NCBI GenBank assembly: GCA_001600815.1
Contig: BCKZ01000024.1
Span: 1 to 64,000, forward strand
DNA from: Alloascoidea hylecoeti
Lineage: Eukaryota
DNA length: 64,000 bases
Reading direction: 5' to 3'
Part shown: positions 10,809 to 23,463 of the stretch, one piece after another
Numbering within the stretch: the first letter of the stretch is position 1
How the letters are laid out: every line of letters begins with the position of its first letter
Notes under the pieces: model-generated
What the model saw: the letters and a program-made list of their open reading frames with translations, nothing else
What the model was told of the DNA's origin: nothing
Database searches by the model: none
Made by a program: the position numbers and the translations under genes

Positions 10809-12593
10809 ATGGAGAAACTTAACAATAATATTGAAATCACCAAAGGTGTTAACGTTGAAATTGAAGAAAACAATTTTTTCATACCAGGTACAAGGCATAT
10901 CTTAGCAGATGAAGAAGAAATTATTCGAAATGGAACAAATGGTAAAATTAAATACGATGGGAATATAATTTTATTGCCACAACCATCAGATTCAAAAAAT
11001 GATCCATTAAATTGGAATTTTTATAAAAAATGTTGGCATGGGATTTTTTTATGTGGTATTACAGCATTAACAGCAGCAACTTCAAATTCAGCTGGTGCAA
11101 CACAAGATTCATTAAATGCAATATATGGAATTTCATATGATTCAATGAATACTGGTGCTGGAGTTTTATTTCTTGGAATTGGATTATGTTCTTTGTTTAT
11201 ATCACCTTTTTCCTTTTTATATGGTAGAAAAATAAGTTATTTATTATGTATCACTCTTGGAATGATTGGATTAATTTGGTTTGGTTATGCAAAAAATACA
11301 AATGATACTATATGGAGTCAATTATTTATTGGTTTCTCGGAATCTTGTGCTGAAGCTCAAGTTCAATTATCATTAACTGATTTATTTTTTAATCATCAAT
11401 TAGGTGGAATTTTAACTGCTTATATTTTATCAACTTCAATCGGTACTTATATGGGACCAATGATTTCTGGTTTTATTGCTGATAATTTAAATTTTAGATG
11501 GGTTGGTTGGATTGGTGCAATTATTTCTGGAGTTTGTATAATTTTATTGTTGTTTACTTTGGATGAATCATATTTTGATAGAACTCCTTATACTGTTACA
11601 CAAGTTGATGATAGTACTGCTGTTAATAAAAAAGAGGATGATGATCAATTACAGTTACATGATGAACATGAACAAGAACATGATAATATTGATATTGATA
11701 TTGAAACATTAAATGGTATACAAAGAGGATCAAGTGAATTATTAAATAATCCAATAATTCCAAAAAGTATAAATGAACAATTTGGAGGTTCAAAAATAGA
11801 TGCCTTCAATGAACCTTCAAAAGGATATTTTAAAAGAATGGCTATACTAACACCGGCATCAAATTTAAAAGGTTATGGTTTTAAACAATATTTAAAAAGA
11901 TTATGGACAACTTTACGTATATTTAAATATCCTGCTGTATTATATTCAGGATTACAATGGGGTGCACAAGATGCTTGGTTATCTTTTTATATGACAACAC
12001 AAGAAACTGTTTGGTATGAAGAACCTTGGAATTATGGTAATAAAGGAGTTTCAATAATGAATGTACCAACTTTAATTGGGGCTACTATCGGGTGTATTTA
12101 TGGAGGTGTTCTATTGGATAAATTTGTTATATGGGTTGCGAAGAGAAATAATGGTATTATGGAGGCAGAATCTAGATTATGGTTTATGTTTTCAGCATCA
12201 ATTATAAGTCCATTAGGAATGTTTTTATTTGGAATTGGATCAGGAAAAGGATGGAAATGGCCAGTTCCATATATTGGTTTAGGATTTATTGGATTTGGAT
12301 GGGGATGTGCAGGAGATATTAGTATGGCATATTTAATGGATGCTTATCCAGAGATGGTTTTAGAAGGAATGGTTGGAGTTTCTGTAATAAACAATTTTTT
12401 AGGATGTATTTTTACATTTGTTTGTTCATATTGGATTGATGCTTTAGGTACAACAAAAACTTATATTGTTATTGGAGTATTGGATTTTCTATTCTTTATG
12501 ACTACTATTCCAATGATTTATTATGGGAAAAGATGTAGGAGTTGGACACAAGATTCTTATAGACGATTTTTAGAAATTAGAGATGGTATATGA
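10809..12593 (+). CDS. HOL1: MFS transporter, Hol1-type (polyamine/cation)
   Basis: PQPS..NDPLNW, QDSLNAIYGISYDSMNTGAGVLF and SESCAEAQVQLSL closely match yeast Hol1 as recalled. Confidence 0.88.
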   Translation: MEKLNNNIEITKGVNVEIEENNFFIPGTRHILADEEEIIRNGTNGKIKYDGNIILLPQPSDSKNDPLNWNFYKKCWHGIFLCGITALTAATSNSAGATQDSLNAIYGISYDSMNTGAGVLFLGIGLCSLFISPFSFLYGRKISYLLCITLGMIGLIWFGYAKNTNDTIWSQLFIGFSESCAEAQVQLSLTDLFFNHQLGGILTAYILSTSIGTYMGPMISGFIADNLNFRWVGWIGAIISGVCIILLLFTLDESYFDRTPYTVTQVDDSTAVNKKEDDDQLQLHDEHEQEHDNIDIDIETLNGIQRGSSELLNNPIIPKSINEQFGGSKIDAFNEPSKGYFKRMAILTPASNLKGYGFKQYLKRLWTTLRIFKYPAVLYSGLQWGAQDAWLSFYMTTQETVWYEEPWNYGNKGVSIMNVPTLIGATIGCIYGGVLLDKFVIWVAKRNNGIMEAESRLWFMFSASIISPLGMFLFGIGSGKGWKWPVPYIGLGFIGFGWGCAGDISMAYLMDAYPEMVLEGMVGVSVINNFLGCIFTFVCSYWIDALGTTKTYIVIGVLDFLFFMTTIPMIYYGKRCRSWTQDSYRRFLEIRDGI

Positions 12594-12652
12594 CACAATT
12601 AATATTTGTTATTATTATATTCTAATGCAACATTTTTATATAGATGATATAT

Positions 12653-13256
12653 TTAAGTAAAGATTCTACATGGATAGTCACTTGTATACATTCCATGTTC
12701 AGGCTCTTCTAAGATTTTCCAAGTTTTCTTTACAAAACTTGGCGCAACGGGTGGTTGACCATCAGCACCTAAAACTTCACCATTAATGATACTTTTTGAC
12801 GAAGATTTGATTGCTTCAGCAAGACTAACTGAACCTTCTTCAATTTTGGTTAATGACTGTTGACCGGCATCTCCAGCTGCAATTCTTGGAGCTTGTTCAG
12901 AACCAAGAGTTAATAAACCAGCGATTTGAACTTGTGAAAAAGAAGAGGTTTGTGGATAATTACGACGATAATCTCTTTTATAATATGGATTTCCTTTGAT
13001 ATCACCGGCTGGGATTGTGACTGGATCAACGTAATATTTGTGCTGGGGCTGAGAGCCTGGAGTTGGGACACGGAATAGAGGGACAATTGGATTACCGGTT
13101 GATCGATTGGGCACCAAAGCGAGTACCTGACGGATCTTTTCCCATATTCCTTTTGAGCCGACGGTGTATTTCTGTTTATTTTACTGTTAGTTGGAGAATA
13201 AGCAATGTTCCATTACGGTTACATACTTTGTAGACAGGAACTGGACCTCCGGACAT
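12653..13256 (-). CDS. NUZM: Complex I accessory subunit NUZM (21.3 kDa family); exons 13256-13227, 13171-12653
   Basis: Spliced start MSGGPVPVYK|KYTVGSKGIWEKIRQ; PNRSTGNP, NPYYKRDYRRNYPQ and C-terminal YPCRIFT motifs. Confidence 0.85.
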
Positions 13257-13335
13257 TTTTGATATTAATATTTACTGATTTCTCTTTTGATGAAGTAGAT
13301 TGAAGAGGTTGGACCACCAGCCAATCAGAGCAGTG

Positions 13336-13984
13336 ATGTTATCATCCGTATGTTGCACATTACAAGTTACGGAAAAACAAGCTATATTACTAATGCTTAC
13401 ATAACACTTTATTCTAGAGATGCAACGCCTTTTCACATTTTCTACATGTTATAATTATATGCTCTGTACAAATGGATACAAGAGTAAGAAATGTCAACAT
13501 CGCTGGCCAAACAAGACAAAATGCTCGTTTTAGAATGATAGTAACTCCCATGATGATTCTGAAAAGTTTGTGCCAAGTGGTAACAATGATTCTTCTCATA
13601 TTATTGGTATTAAGGTCGATGGAGAGATTAATGAAATGGGTAGCATTTTCCCAAACCGGAGACATGGACACATTTGCTTTTTTAGTATCAAAAAATACAC
13701 CAATATTTTATTTAGAAAATCCAATTCATGTTAATAAATTACTTTTGAAATTTATGGAGATTTTAATCGTTGATTTAAATTATAATCATAAAAATTGGAA
13801 TACAAAATTCATAACTGCAATTATTTTCATTTTATATCAATTAAGTGCATCATCAATTATTGTTTTTTTATTTGTTTTTCAGTTATCTTGTATATTGTTT
13901 ATAATTCATAAAAAATGGAGTTGGTTAAGGAGATTTATTGCTGATGTTTGGAATGCTGGTGATGCAAATAGAGGAATTCTTTGA
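13336..13984 (+). CDS. Uncharacterised ~192-aa membrane protein; exons 13336-13347, 13418-13984
   Basis: GTATGT (13348)...TACTAAT...TAG (13417) intron joins ATG 13336 in frame to the 170-aa ORF. Several hydrophobic segments. Confidence 0.6.
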
Positions 13985-14246
13985 TTCTTCATAAACATTT
14001 AATTTATATGATTTTATTTCATATTTTTCATCAGTACTGGTACTGTCTATGATTATATATATGATTGGTATATATAAATGTATAATTCTAATCTAATTTA
14101 CTTTTTTATACATTTTATATTTTATATTTTATATTTTTGACATTTTGATATTCTTTACTGAAACACCCATTAACCATTAATTTATATTCAAATCCCTTAT
14201 CGTCATTTTCATTTATCGTTTTAATTATAAACTGCTTTAAAGATAT

Positions 14247-16247
14247 ATGGACTTGAAAACATCTCCATTATCTCACCATCCGCGTCCGGAGGGACCTCCA
14301 AATAAAAATAAAAATAAAAATAAAAGTAAAAGATTAAAAATATATAATCATATTTTTGCAAGTTTTATTATAACACTATTAATCATCTATTTATGCCATT
14401 CTTCTAAAAATGTTAAGTCTCATCATCAGCAAGTTATTAAAACAATAGATAGACCTTTAAGCTTTTCTCTCAAACATGTTTATCATCATTCAACTAAAGA
14501 TGATGAACATATAAGACTTGATGTTACTCCAAAATGGTTAACAAAAAATCAAGATTCTCTTAACATTATGGGTAATGACAATAAATTATGGCCTCAAAGT
14601 TTAAAAGATATTTCAAATTCAAATTCTCCTTGGTCTGCAAATTATGGTCTTAAAACAAAACATAAATTAATACGAAGAATGAAACAACGAAATTCAGATT
14701 TTGTTGAATCTTATATTAATTGGTCACATAAAGTTGGTTCATCAAATTATAAAATTGATTTAGAATGGATTGATGAAGATGTTGAAGTCCCTGATATAAC
14801 TGATAAAAATACTGTTTTATTATTAGCAGGTATGTCTGCAGATGCTTATCAAGAAATCCCTGGCTTACAAAATGATTGGTTCCCAGTATATGGAGGATTT
14901 AATAATTCTAAAAATTTCTCATATGGTTGGAATAATACTGGATTAAGAGGTCATATTTTTGTTTCTGATGATAAATCAACTGTTGTTATATCAATTAAAG
15001 GAACAAGTGCTGCTTTGTTTTATGATGGCGGTGGTACTGTTAATGATGATAAAATAAATGATAATTTATTATTTTCTTGTTGTTGTGCAAGAGTTAGTTA
15101 CATGTGGACAACTGTTTGTGATTGTTATAAAGGTGGTTATACTTGTGATGCAGATTGTATTGAAAAAGAATTATATGGTAAAGATCATTATTATCAAGCA
15201 TCATTAGACATTTATAGAAATGTTACTTCAATGTATCCAAATTCAAATATTTGGGTAACCGGTCATTCATTAGGTGGTTCAATAAGTAGTTTTTTAGGTA
15301 GAACTTTTGGTTTACCTGTTGTTGCTTTTGAAGCACCTGGTGATTTATTACCAACAAGAAGATTACATTTACCATTACCACCCTCGTTACCTCCATGGTT
15401 AGAATATATTTGGCATTTTGGTAATACTGCTGATCCAATTTATATGGGAGTTTGTAATGGTGCAAGCTCAAGTTGTTCATTAGCTGGTTATGCAATGGAA
15501 ACTAAATGTCATTCTGGTTTTCAATGTATTTATGATACTGTTACTGATTTAGGTTGGCATGTTAATATGTTAAATCATAGAATTCATACAGTTATTGATG
15601 ATATTTTATATAAATATAATGATACTGCAAAATGTGTTGTACCACCTGAATGTTTTGAAAATTGTTTTAATTGGAAATTTATAAATGGTAATGAAGATAA
15701 TCCTTCATTTTCAACGTCATCAATATCGGAACCAACTAGTGAATCTGAACCTATACATTCTACAAGTGTTCCTTTGGATGGATCTTCATGTGTTGGAAGA
15801 AATTGGTATGGTAGATGTACAAGTTATATAATTCCAAATATTACCTCATTTACATCAACTGTTCCAACCACTTCATCTCATTTACATATTACAAGCACTA
15901 AAAAAGAAGAAACTCTGACTTCAACTTTGATTTCAACCCCAGTACATTCAAAAGCAGAAAGTTATATAACGACACCTCCTCCATCATCATCAAAATATAT
16001 ATCAACAATAACGACAACAACAACAGAAACAGAAACATGTATTAGATATAATTGGTATTATAAATGTGTTGAATATGGACCTATTACATCATTATCAACT
16101 TCAATGATAATAACTCCATCACCAGAATCTTCAGTTCATTCAACAAATAAACCAGAAGAAACATGTTTAAAAAGAAATTGGAGATATCAATGTATTGAAT
16201 ATGGTTCACCAGATGCTCAACAAGTATTTAAGACTTCTATAAAATAA
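14247..16247 (+). CDS. ATG15: Vacuolar lipase for autophagic body breakdown
   Basis: N-terminal TM segment, DNLLFSCCCARVS, lipase GHSLGG motif, S/T-rich tail. Confidence 0.95.
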   Translation: MDLKTSPLSHHPRPEGPPNKNKNKNKSKRLKIYNHIFASFIITLLIIYLCHSSKNVKSHHQQVIKTIDRPLSFSLKHVYHHSTKDDEHIRLDVTPKWLTKNQDSLNIMGNDNKLWPQSLKDISNSNSPWSANYGLKTKHKLIRRMKQRNSDFVESYINWSHKVGSSNYKIDLEWIDEDVEVPDITDKNTVLLLAGMSADAYQEIPGLQNDWFPVYGGFNNSKNFSYGWNNTGLRGHIFVSDDKSTVVISIKGTSAALFYDGGGTVNDDKINDNLLFSCCCARVSYMWTTVCDCYKGGYTCDADCIEKELYGKDHYYQASLDIYRNVTSMYPNSNIWVTGHSLGGSISSFLGRTFGLPVVAFEAPGDLLPTRRLHLPLPPSLPPWLEYIWHFGNTADPIYMGVCNGASSSCSLAGYAMETKCHSGFQCIYDTVTDLGWHVNMLNHRIHTVIDDILYKYNDTAKCVVPPECFENCFNWKFINGNEDNPSFSTSSISEPTSESEPIHSTSVPLDGSSCVGRNWYGRCTSYIIPNITSFTSTVPTTSSHLHITSTKKEETLTSTLISTPVHSKAESYITTPPPSSSKYISTITTTTTETETCIRYNWYYKCVEYGPITSLSTSMIITPSPESSVHSTNKPEETCLKRNWRYQCIEYGSPDAQQVFKTSIK

Positions 16248-16853
16248 TTTAAGATAGGGAAATCTTCATATATATACCTATATATATATATATGTATATT
16301 GGGTTTAGAGGTGGATATAGAGGTTCATTTGTTTTCGTAATTGTTAAACATTCATATATACATTATTCATATTTTTCATTTTTCATTCGTTAATCAGTTT
16401 TAGCTATTTCACTTAGTTTCGGCCATGTAAATCCATACATGATGTCGTTCCATAAAAATCCATATCCCTAATTAAAAATAATTAAACGAAATTCCGAATT
16501 TTTTATACGTGCCTGCATATTAACGGGTAATAATATTAATGCGGCTTATCTTTTTATTCCATTTTCCATACCTTTCTAGGGCCTTCTATGATAAATAATA
16601 GGACTAATTCGCCCCCAAAGTAGTTATGGAGTGTCTATACTTAGTAGTCAAAATGGCCTAAACTAAGTGTATCATGATCACGTGTGCAATGGGGGTTATC
16701 GAATAATTTTAACATGTTAGATTTAAACAATTTGATTCATAAAGATCAGTTATTTTTTATGACTCATTTTAATTGTATCAATATATAATCCATTAAAATC
16801 CTTCTCTTTTATCATCAACTTAAGTTAAATCAATTAATTGTGAAAAAATCAGA

Positions 16854-17094
16854 ATGACTTCAGCAGCAACGAAAGGTGATGAGAATCCATTTTCATGTTT
16901 AATAGAATGGTTAAAACAAAATCCACAATCATTTTTAAGTCCAAAATTAAAGATCACAAATATTAAAGATTCAGGTAGAGGTATTATAAATAATGCAAAT
17001 GAAATTATTAGAGAAAATGAAAGACTTTTTTATATTCCTTGTTCTCATTTAATTAATTCAGATAATATATTAAAAGAATTAAAACAATATATTG

Positions 17095-17144
<50 letters not shown>

Positions 17145-18530
17145 ACAAATAAATTTGAATATAATATTCATAATGATAATGATAAAGAAGATTTTATTAA
17201 AAATGATATATATAATTATTTAAAAGAAAATGAAATTCAATCATTATCGGGTTATCAATTAGTATCATTATTTATTCATTTTGAATATAAAAGAAGAGAT
17301 AAATCATATTGGAAACCATTTATTAATATATTACCAAATATTTCGGATTTTATTGGCGCTCCAATTACATGGTTTGAACCAGTTAAAATACCACAAATTA
17401 TCGAAAAATTAGAAAAACATTTACAAAATTCAAATAAATTTAAAGATATTGAAAATGAAATTGGTAAAAAAAGTGTTAATATTGATTCTGAATATCTTTT
17501 TTATCAATTACCTTATTCAACAAAAAAAAATAGTCTTGAAATGATGAAGAAATTTAATAATGATTATAATATTTGTAAAGAATTAATATCAACAATTTTA
17601 AAAAGAAATATAAATTTAAATTTAAATTCACATTCAATTGATAAATATATAACAATATCTGATTTTTTGTGGTCTTGGTTATGTGTTAATTCACGTTGTT
17701 TATATATGGAAATCTCATCAGCTAAGTCACAAGAAGATAATTTTACCCTTGTACCATATGTTGATATGTTAAATCATTCTGATATTCAACAATGTAGGAT
17801 ATCATCATCATCATTAGATGCTGCTTCAAATTCAAAATTACCAAGAGCACCAAGAAGATCATCATTAAATGGAGGAATTGGATTTTCTCTTTATACAACA
17901 AGTAATTATAAACCAGGTGAAGAAATCTTTTTGGGTTATGGCCCTCATTCAAATGAATTTTTATTAAGAGAATATGGTTTTACATTATATAAAAATAGTT
18001 GGAATGATCTTGATATTACAAATTATATACAACCATTAATAACATCATCAGAATATATAAATTTTTTAAAAAATGAATCTTATTGGGGTGGATATACAAT
18101 AAATAAAGAAAATGTATCATTTAGAACTCTTGTTGCTATTGCTGCTATTATACAATTACAAAATGAACAAAAATATTTTAAATCCCATAATATAACAGAT
18201 TTTAGAAAATTAAATGCTTTAATTTCAGGTAACCTTGATTGGTCTACTTTTCAAATTGAAGGAACTGAAATTATAAAAGATATTTTGAAACAAGTAATTA
18301 ACGAAGCTGATGATAAAAAACATTATGAATATGCTATTTTAATTCAAGATGATAATTCATCTAATGATGATTCACATGATATAAATGATAATGATATTCA
18401 TATTATTAAAGAAACACCCGAAGTTATTCAAAGAAGAAGTCAATTTGTTGGTCAACTTTATAGAGAGAGGGCTGATATTGCTGAAATTCATTTACAAATG
18501 ATACAAGAAATAGGATATGTTGAATATTAA
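16854..18530 (+). CDS. RKM2: SET-domain protein lysine methyltransferase (Rkm2-like)
   Basis: SGRGI, WLCVNSRCLY, LVPYVDMLNHS and YGPHSNEFLL motifs. Adjacent to CBS2/CAB5 as in S. cerevisiae. Confidence 0.85.
17097..17141 (+). repeat. (AAT)15 microsatellite encoding poly-Asn in RKM2
   Basis: Read directly from the sequence. Confidence 0.95.
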
Positions 18531-18580
18531 TCATTCCTTTCATATTATATATACATTTATAATTACTATGCATTGATGAT

Positions 18581-19816
18581 CTATGATATCATACTTTTAA
18601 TTGCTGAATCGGCTCTAAACCTCGTTAAAGATAACCTTGCTTTAATCAAATTTGTAAACATTGTATTAATGGGGACATAAATCCCATGTCTTCTTCCTAA
18701 AAAAGCAATATGACCATTAATATAATCAATTTCAGTCCCTCTTAAATCAGTAATATCTTCTCTCATACTACTTGAATTATATTTTGTTATTGAAATAATA
18801 TGATAAACTATATCTAATAATCTTTCAGTTGTTAAACTTTGAATTGCAAAGGCATTTTTATTAAGATGTGGATTTGATATAAATATAACTTTTAAACATT
18901 CATTTATTATACTTGTGAAAATATGTTTATGATCTTCAAGTCTTAATATTTCACCATTTAAACAATCATATAATGCTGTAATTGGATTTATACAAGCATT
19001 AATAATTAATTTTTCCCATTGTAAAACCTCAAGTGTTGAATAATTATAAAGTGATGTTGATAAATGTTCACAATCAATTAATAATGAAATCATGGGATTT
19101 TTTTCAAGTTCATTTAAATCTTTTGTTTCAATTTCTTCACTATAATTATAATCTAATTGACTACGATTTTCTTTTATTAATTTTTTTGTTTGAGTTTTTG
19201 TTGTTTCATCATTTATAATTTCATTTTCTGAAATCAATGTATCAATTGGTTCATAATTATTTGGTATTTTAGCAATTTTTAAATCACCTAATCCAACATG
19301 ATGAAATCTGAAACCATCATTAATTCTATAAATTCCATGGGTTGTGATTCCATGTAATAAGATTGGTCTTTTTTCTTTATCTGGCCAAACAGTCTTACAT
19401 AACTGATCAATTGTGCCCATACCATTTTGAACCAATAATACAGTTGTTTTATTGGTTATACCTGGTAAATATGGCTTTAAAGCATGTAATGTTTGGTGAG
19501 CTTTTGTAGTTATGATTAAATTATCAATCGGCATATTGACACCAGTGACAAACTTCCGAGGTGCACTATATGCTCTGATATTACTTTCAAAAACTTGGTT
19601 GAAGGTTTGGCTTGAAGTTGGTGTTTCTAATAAAGATCTTTCAATAGTAACAGTTGAGTTATCATTTTCAATATATGACTGTAAACGACGGATGGAACTG
19701 AGATATAATATAACTTGTGGTATACTTGGTTGAATAGGTAAACTTGCTATGCTCTGTGCTATTAAGCAACCGATACTTCCTGCTCCAAGAACATGTATTT
19801 GTGGAAGTATCTTCAT
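18581..19816 (-). CDS. CBS2: Ketopantoate reductase (ApbA/PanE) family protein; positional ortholog of CBS2, Pan5-like sequence
   Basis: HVLGAGSIG, TTKAHQ, VQNGMG, WEKLIINACINP, SSMRED and TEIDYING motifs. Likely start 19816 (alternative 19888). Lies between RKM2 and CAB5. Confidence 0.75.
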   Translation of the reverse strand: MKILPQIHVLGAGSIGCLIAQSIASLPIQPSIPQVILYLSSIRRLQSYIENDNSTVTIERSLLETPTSSQTFNQVFESNIRAYSAPRKFVTGVNMPIDNLIITTKAHQTLHALKPYLPGITNKTTVLLVQNGMGTIDQLCKTVWPDKEKRPILLHGITTHGIYRINDGFRFHHVGLGDLKIAKIPNNYEPIDTLISENEIINDETTKTQTKKLIKENRSQLDYNYSEEIETKDLNELEKNPMISLLIDCEHLSTSLYNYSTLEVLQWEKLIINACINPITALYDCLNGEILRLEDHKHIFTSIINECLKVIFISNPHLNKNAFAIQSLTTERLLDIVYHIISITKYNSSSMREDITDLRGTEIDYINGHIAFLGRRHGIYVPINTMFTNLIKARLSLTRFRADSAIKSMIS

Positions 19817-19915
19817 TTGACAATTGTAGGTTTGGTGTATCGCAAAATTTGGAGGTTTTGATATTTTTGAAATTAAACATCCAGGCATCTAGATATTTTC
19901 TCCACAACAACAATT

Positions 19916-20632
19916 ATGTTAATCATCGGTCTCACTGGAGGTATAGCATCTGGAAAATCCACAGTTTCAAATCGTCTGAATCAAAAATATCAGATTCCAA
20001 TAATTGATGCTGATTTAATTGCACGACAAGTTGTAGAACCAGGCCAACCAGCATATAATCAAATAATTACCCATTTTAATTCATTCGTACCAAATCTCAT
20101 TTCTGAAGATAGGAAATTAAATCGACCAGCTTTAGGTAAAGCGGTTTTTGGCAATGATAAAGAATTAAAAGTGTTGAATGGAATTGTTCACCCGGCTGTA
20201 AGGAAAGAAATGTTACGTCAAGTTTTAATGGTATATTTAAAAGCATCTGATATGGTGGTGCTTGATGTTCCATTATTATTCGAAGCAAAAATGGATATGT
20301 TATGTGCAAAGACAATAACAGTTTCTTGTAATCTGGACACACAATTAGAAAGATTATTATCTAGAAATAAAGAATTATCTAAAGAAGATGCAGTAAACAG
20401 AATTAACAGTCAAATGGGTAACGATGAAAAGAATAAACGAGCAGATATTATTATTGATAATTCAACATCTTTAGATGATTTATATTCACAAATTGAAAAT
20501 GTTGTGAAAACTATTAAACCTTCAAAGTTTTGGGTATGGGTATCTTTATTGAACCCAATCCCGGCATTATTAATTACAATTTATAGATATTTTGTGAAAT
20601 CTAGGGCTCAAACAAAAACAAAATCTATATAA
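19916..20632 (+). CDS. CAB5: Dephospho-CoA kinase
   Basis: GLTGGIASGKST, IDADLIAR and DVPLLFE motifs. Confidence 0.96.
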   Translation: MLIIGLTGGIASGKSTVSNRLNQKYQIPIIDADLIARQVVEPGQPAYNQIITHFNSFVPNLISEDRKLNRPALGKAVFGNDKELKVLNGIVHPAVRKEMLRQVLMVYLKASDMVVLDVPLLFEAKMDMLCAKTITVSCNLDTQLERLLSRNKELSKEDAVNRINSQMGNDEKNKRADIIIDNSTSLDDLYSQIENVVKTIKPSKFWVWVSLLNPIPALLITIYRYFVKSRAQTKTKSI

Positions 20633-20657
20633 TCAATACCATTTATTATATTATATA

Positions 20658-23325
20658 TTATGTTCTTAAATATTGAGCAAGGCTGTGTAATCTATCAAAT
20701 ACAACTGGCATAATAGCTTTAACACTATCATTAATTAAATTTTGAAAATGCATTATAGCTTCTTCTTCTGTCATTTCTAAACAAAATTTTTCTTTTACCT
20801 TATGAACAGCTCTATCTGGTTCCATTTTAATATCTGGAATATTTGAATCAAGCATTAATGTTAAAAGATTTAAAATTAAATTTGAATTTTTTCGAAGTGT
20901 TGTAAAAGCTGTAAAACAATAACCTCTAAATTTATTATAATTATGTGATTGTGCACCTCCCATACCTTCAATTATTTGAATTGGTAATTTCATTAATGGA
21001 GGAAAAGGATTAGGATCTCTACCTAAAATATATCCAAAATCTGCATGAAAGAAATGGCCATCTGTTTTAATTAACAAATTATCCATATGTCGATCTCCAA
21101 CTCCAAGAATATATGTAATTACACAATACCCAGCACATGATTTAACAAATGTATCCATAACTGAACTTTTAACTCCAAGTTCTTCATTAGGATCTGGATT
21201 ATGATGTTTTAAGTATGGTAATATTCCATGGAAATCATTTAATACATCTGTCATTGTATTATTTGGAATAAATTGAATTGTACCTGCTGTTGCACCAGTA
21301 GCTAAAATATGATATGGAGTAATTTTAAGATCTAAATTTTCATTTTGTAATAATCTATCCATTAATGTAAAAATTTGAATAACTAATTGATCTTGTCTTA
21401 AGTCATCTCCTGATTTAAACATTATTGGATATTTTGAGCCATCTAATTTTTTAAATGTAATTTTAATTGGTGATACTGCACTTTTAAAAACACTTGATTC
21501 TTCTGGAAAACAACCAATAATTTGAATATTTGGATCAATTGGTATTCCAAGAGGATGATCAAAATTTAATAAACCATTTTTAGGATCTGATAAAATTGAT
21601 TTTAAATGTTCTATTCTTTTTGGTGTTGATTCTTTTGAAGTTTTCATTTTATTTGCTAATGATGTTAACATTTCAATAAATTCAATTTGTCTATGAAGTA
21701 ATCGCACCCGATTTGATGATAATGTATTGATATAATTGTCTAAAGTAAATTGAAAGATACTACCAGGACTTTTATCTTGAGTTTCCACTTTAACATACCA
21801 ATAAAAATAATTTCCAAGTATTTCATTATTAACTGCTCTACTAACTAAAAATGTTGATAAAGGAGATTTAAAATGGCTTGATGATTCACCAATGAAATTA
21901 TCTTCATTTCTTTCATTAGTATTATTGATATCTAAACCATTAAGAGCAGCTGCTATATCTACAATAGTATTATCAGTATCTAAATGAGATCGTTCAAAAT
22001 TTAATGCTTGTACCAATTGTAATAAATATAATTGTAGTTCATCATCACTTGCTTTTTTCAAACGGTTAACCGCATATGCTCTAACTGTGATATTTCGATA
22101 TGTAGGACCTAATAATTCTAAAGCATCAGCTAGATCAATTTCAGTCCATAATGGTAATAATTCACAAGCTTGTGTTACTTCTTGTTCATTATCCCAAGAT
22201 ACAGATTTTAAATATTTTGTTAAACCACGTTTATCTCTTGATAAATAATATCTAAATTTCCAAATTGTACTTTTTTCAGATTCTTTCAATTCTTGAATAG
22301 GTGAATAATTTAAAATTGAATTTAAATAATCTCTCATTTTTGCATTTGGTTTAATTTCCCGAACTAATGAACTATTTTGTTGAACGCGTTCTAATTTTCT
22401 ATATTTTGTTTCAATTGGATTATCATAAAATTGTTCAGGATCATAGATTGTTATTAATGATTCATCATCATTTGGTAAATCTAAATTTTTTTGATTTGAT
22501 ATGAAAGAATCATATGTATCATTTGTTGGTGGTACCATTGAGTATAATTTTGATAATTTTGAATATTTATGATCTGAAAAAACAATAGGCATATCAAATT
22601 GTAATAAATCAATTAATAAAAAATTTCCAGAATTATGACCTTCTGAACTGTTTATTTGTTCAATACGACGGAATGCTAAATTATCCAACCATTCTAGTGT
22701 AACCATATCCCCTGCTTCATGTTTCTTAATGAGTTTTTCTAATCTATCCATTTCACCTATCTCATCATACATAGAATTGGTAACTGAATGTGTAAAACCA
22801 TCTGCTTTTTGACCTAACCATAATTTTAATTTTTGTCGTCCTCGTTTTAAAGTCCCATCTTTTTGATCAAATAATGGGATGGTAGTACCTCCATATGGAA
22901 CTTTATTTTTAGGACCAGAATATTCCCAAACAGTAATAGCTAATTGTGATGAAAATGGAAGTTGTGAATAATTGATTGGAAGTGTAAGCCATTCTGACCA
23001 TTTTCTTATAGATTTAAATGCAATATATGAAGTTGTAACAGGTATTGTAAGTGGTTTACAATCAGCAAATATTTGAGCCGTTACAAATAAATCTGAATTT
23101 GGTATAACTTTTGATTGAGTGAATATTTCTTCGGGTTTTGTTATTTGAGTAGAATATGGTATCAAAGGTATATTACCTTCAAGAGATGCTCTAGAGTAAA
23201 GAATAATAATTAATAATTTGTAAATGTTGATGTAAATACAAGAGGAAGTTTTTGACATACATTCTCACTTTGAAGGGGCTATTTATCTCTCTTGAGATAA
23301 AAAACACAAAAGTGTGGTTATCCAT
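20658..23325 (-). CDS. VPS34: Phosphatidylinositol 3-kinase; exons 23325-23261, 23190-20658
   Basis: C2, helical and kinase domains (FKSGDDLRQD, GVGDRH, HADFG). GTATGT...TAG intron 23260-23191 restores KVRIASLEG. Confidence 0.96.
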
Positions 23326-23463
23326 AGTGGAAGGTGATGCAGCAATCACAATATGTGGAGGTTAACTACAACAAGCACAAGCACAAACACAAACAGAAAA
23401 ACAGAAAAACAGAACACAAAAACAAATTTTAAATCTTAAATCTTATGGTATTTCTATTTACAA

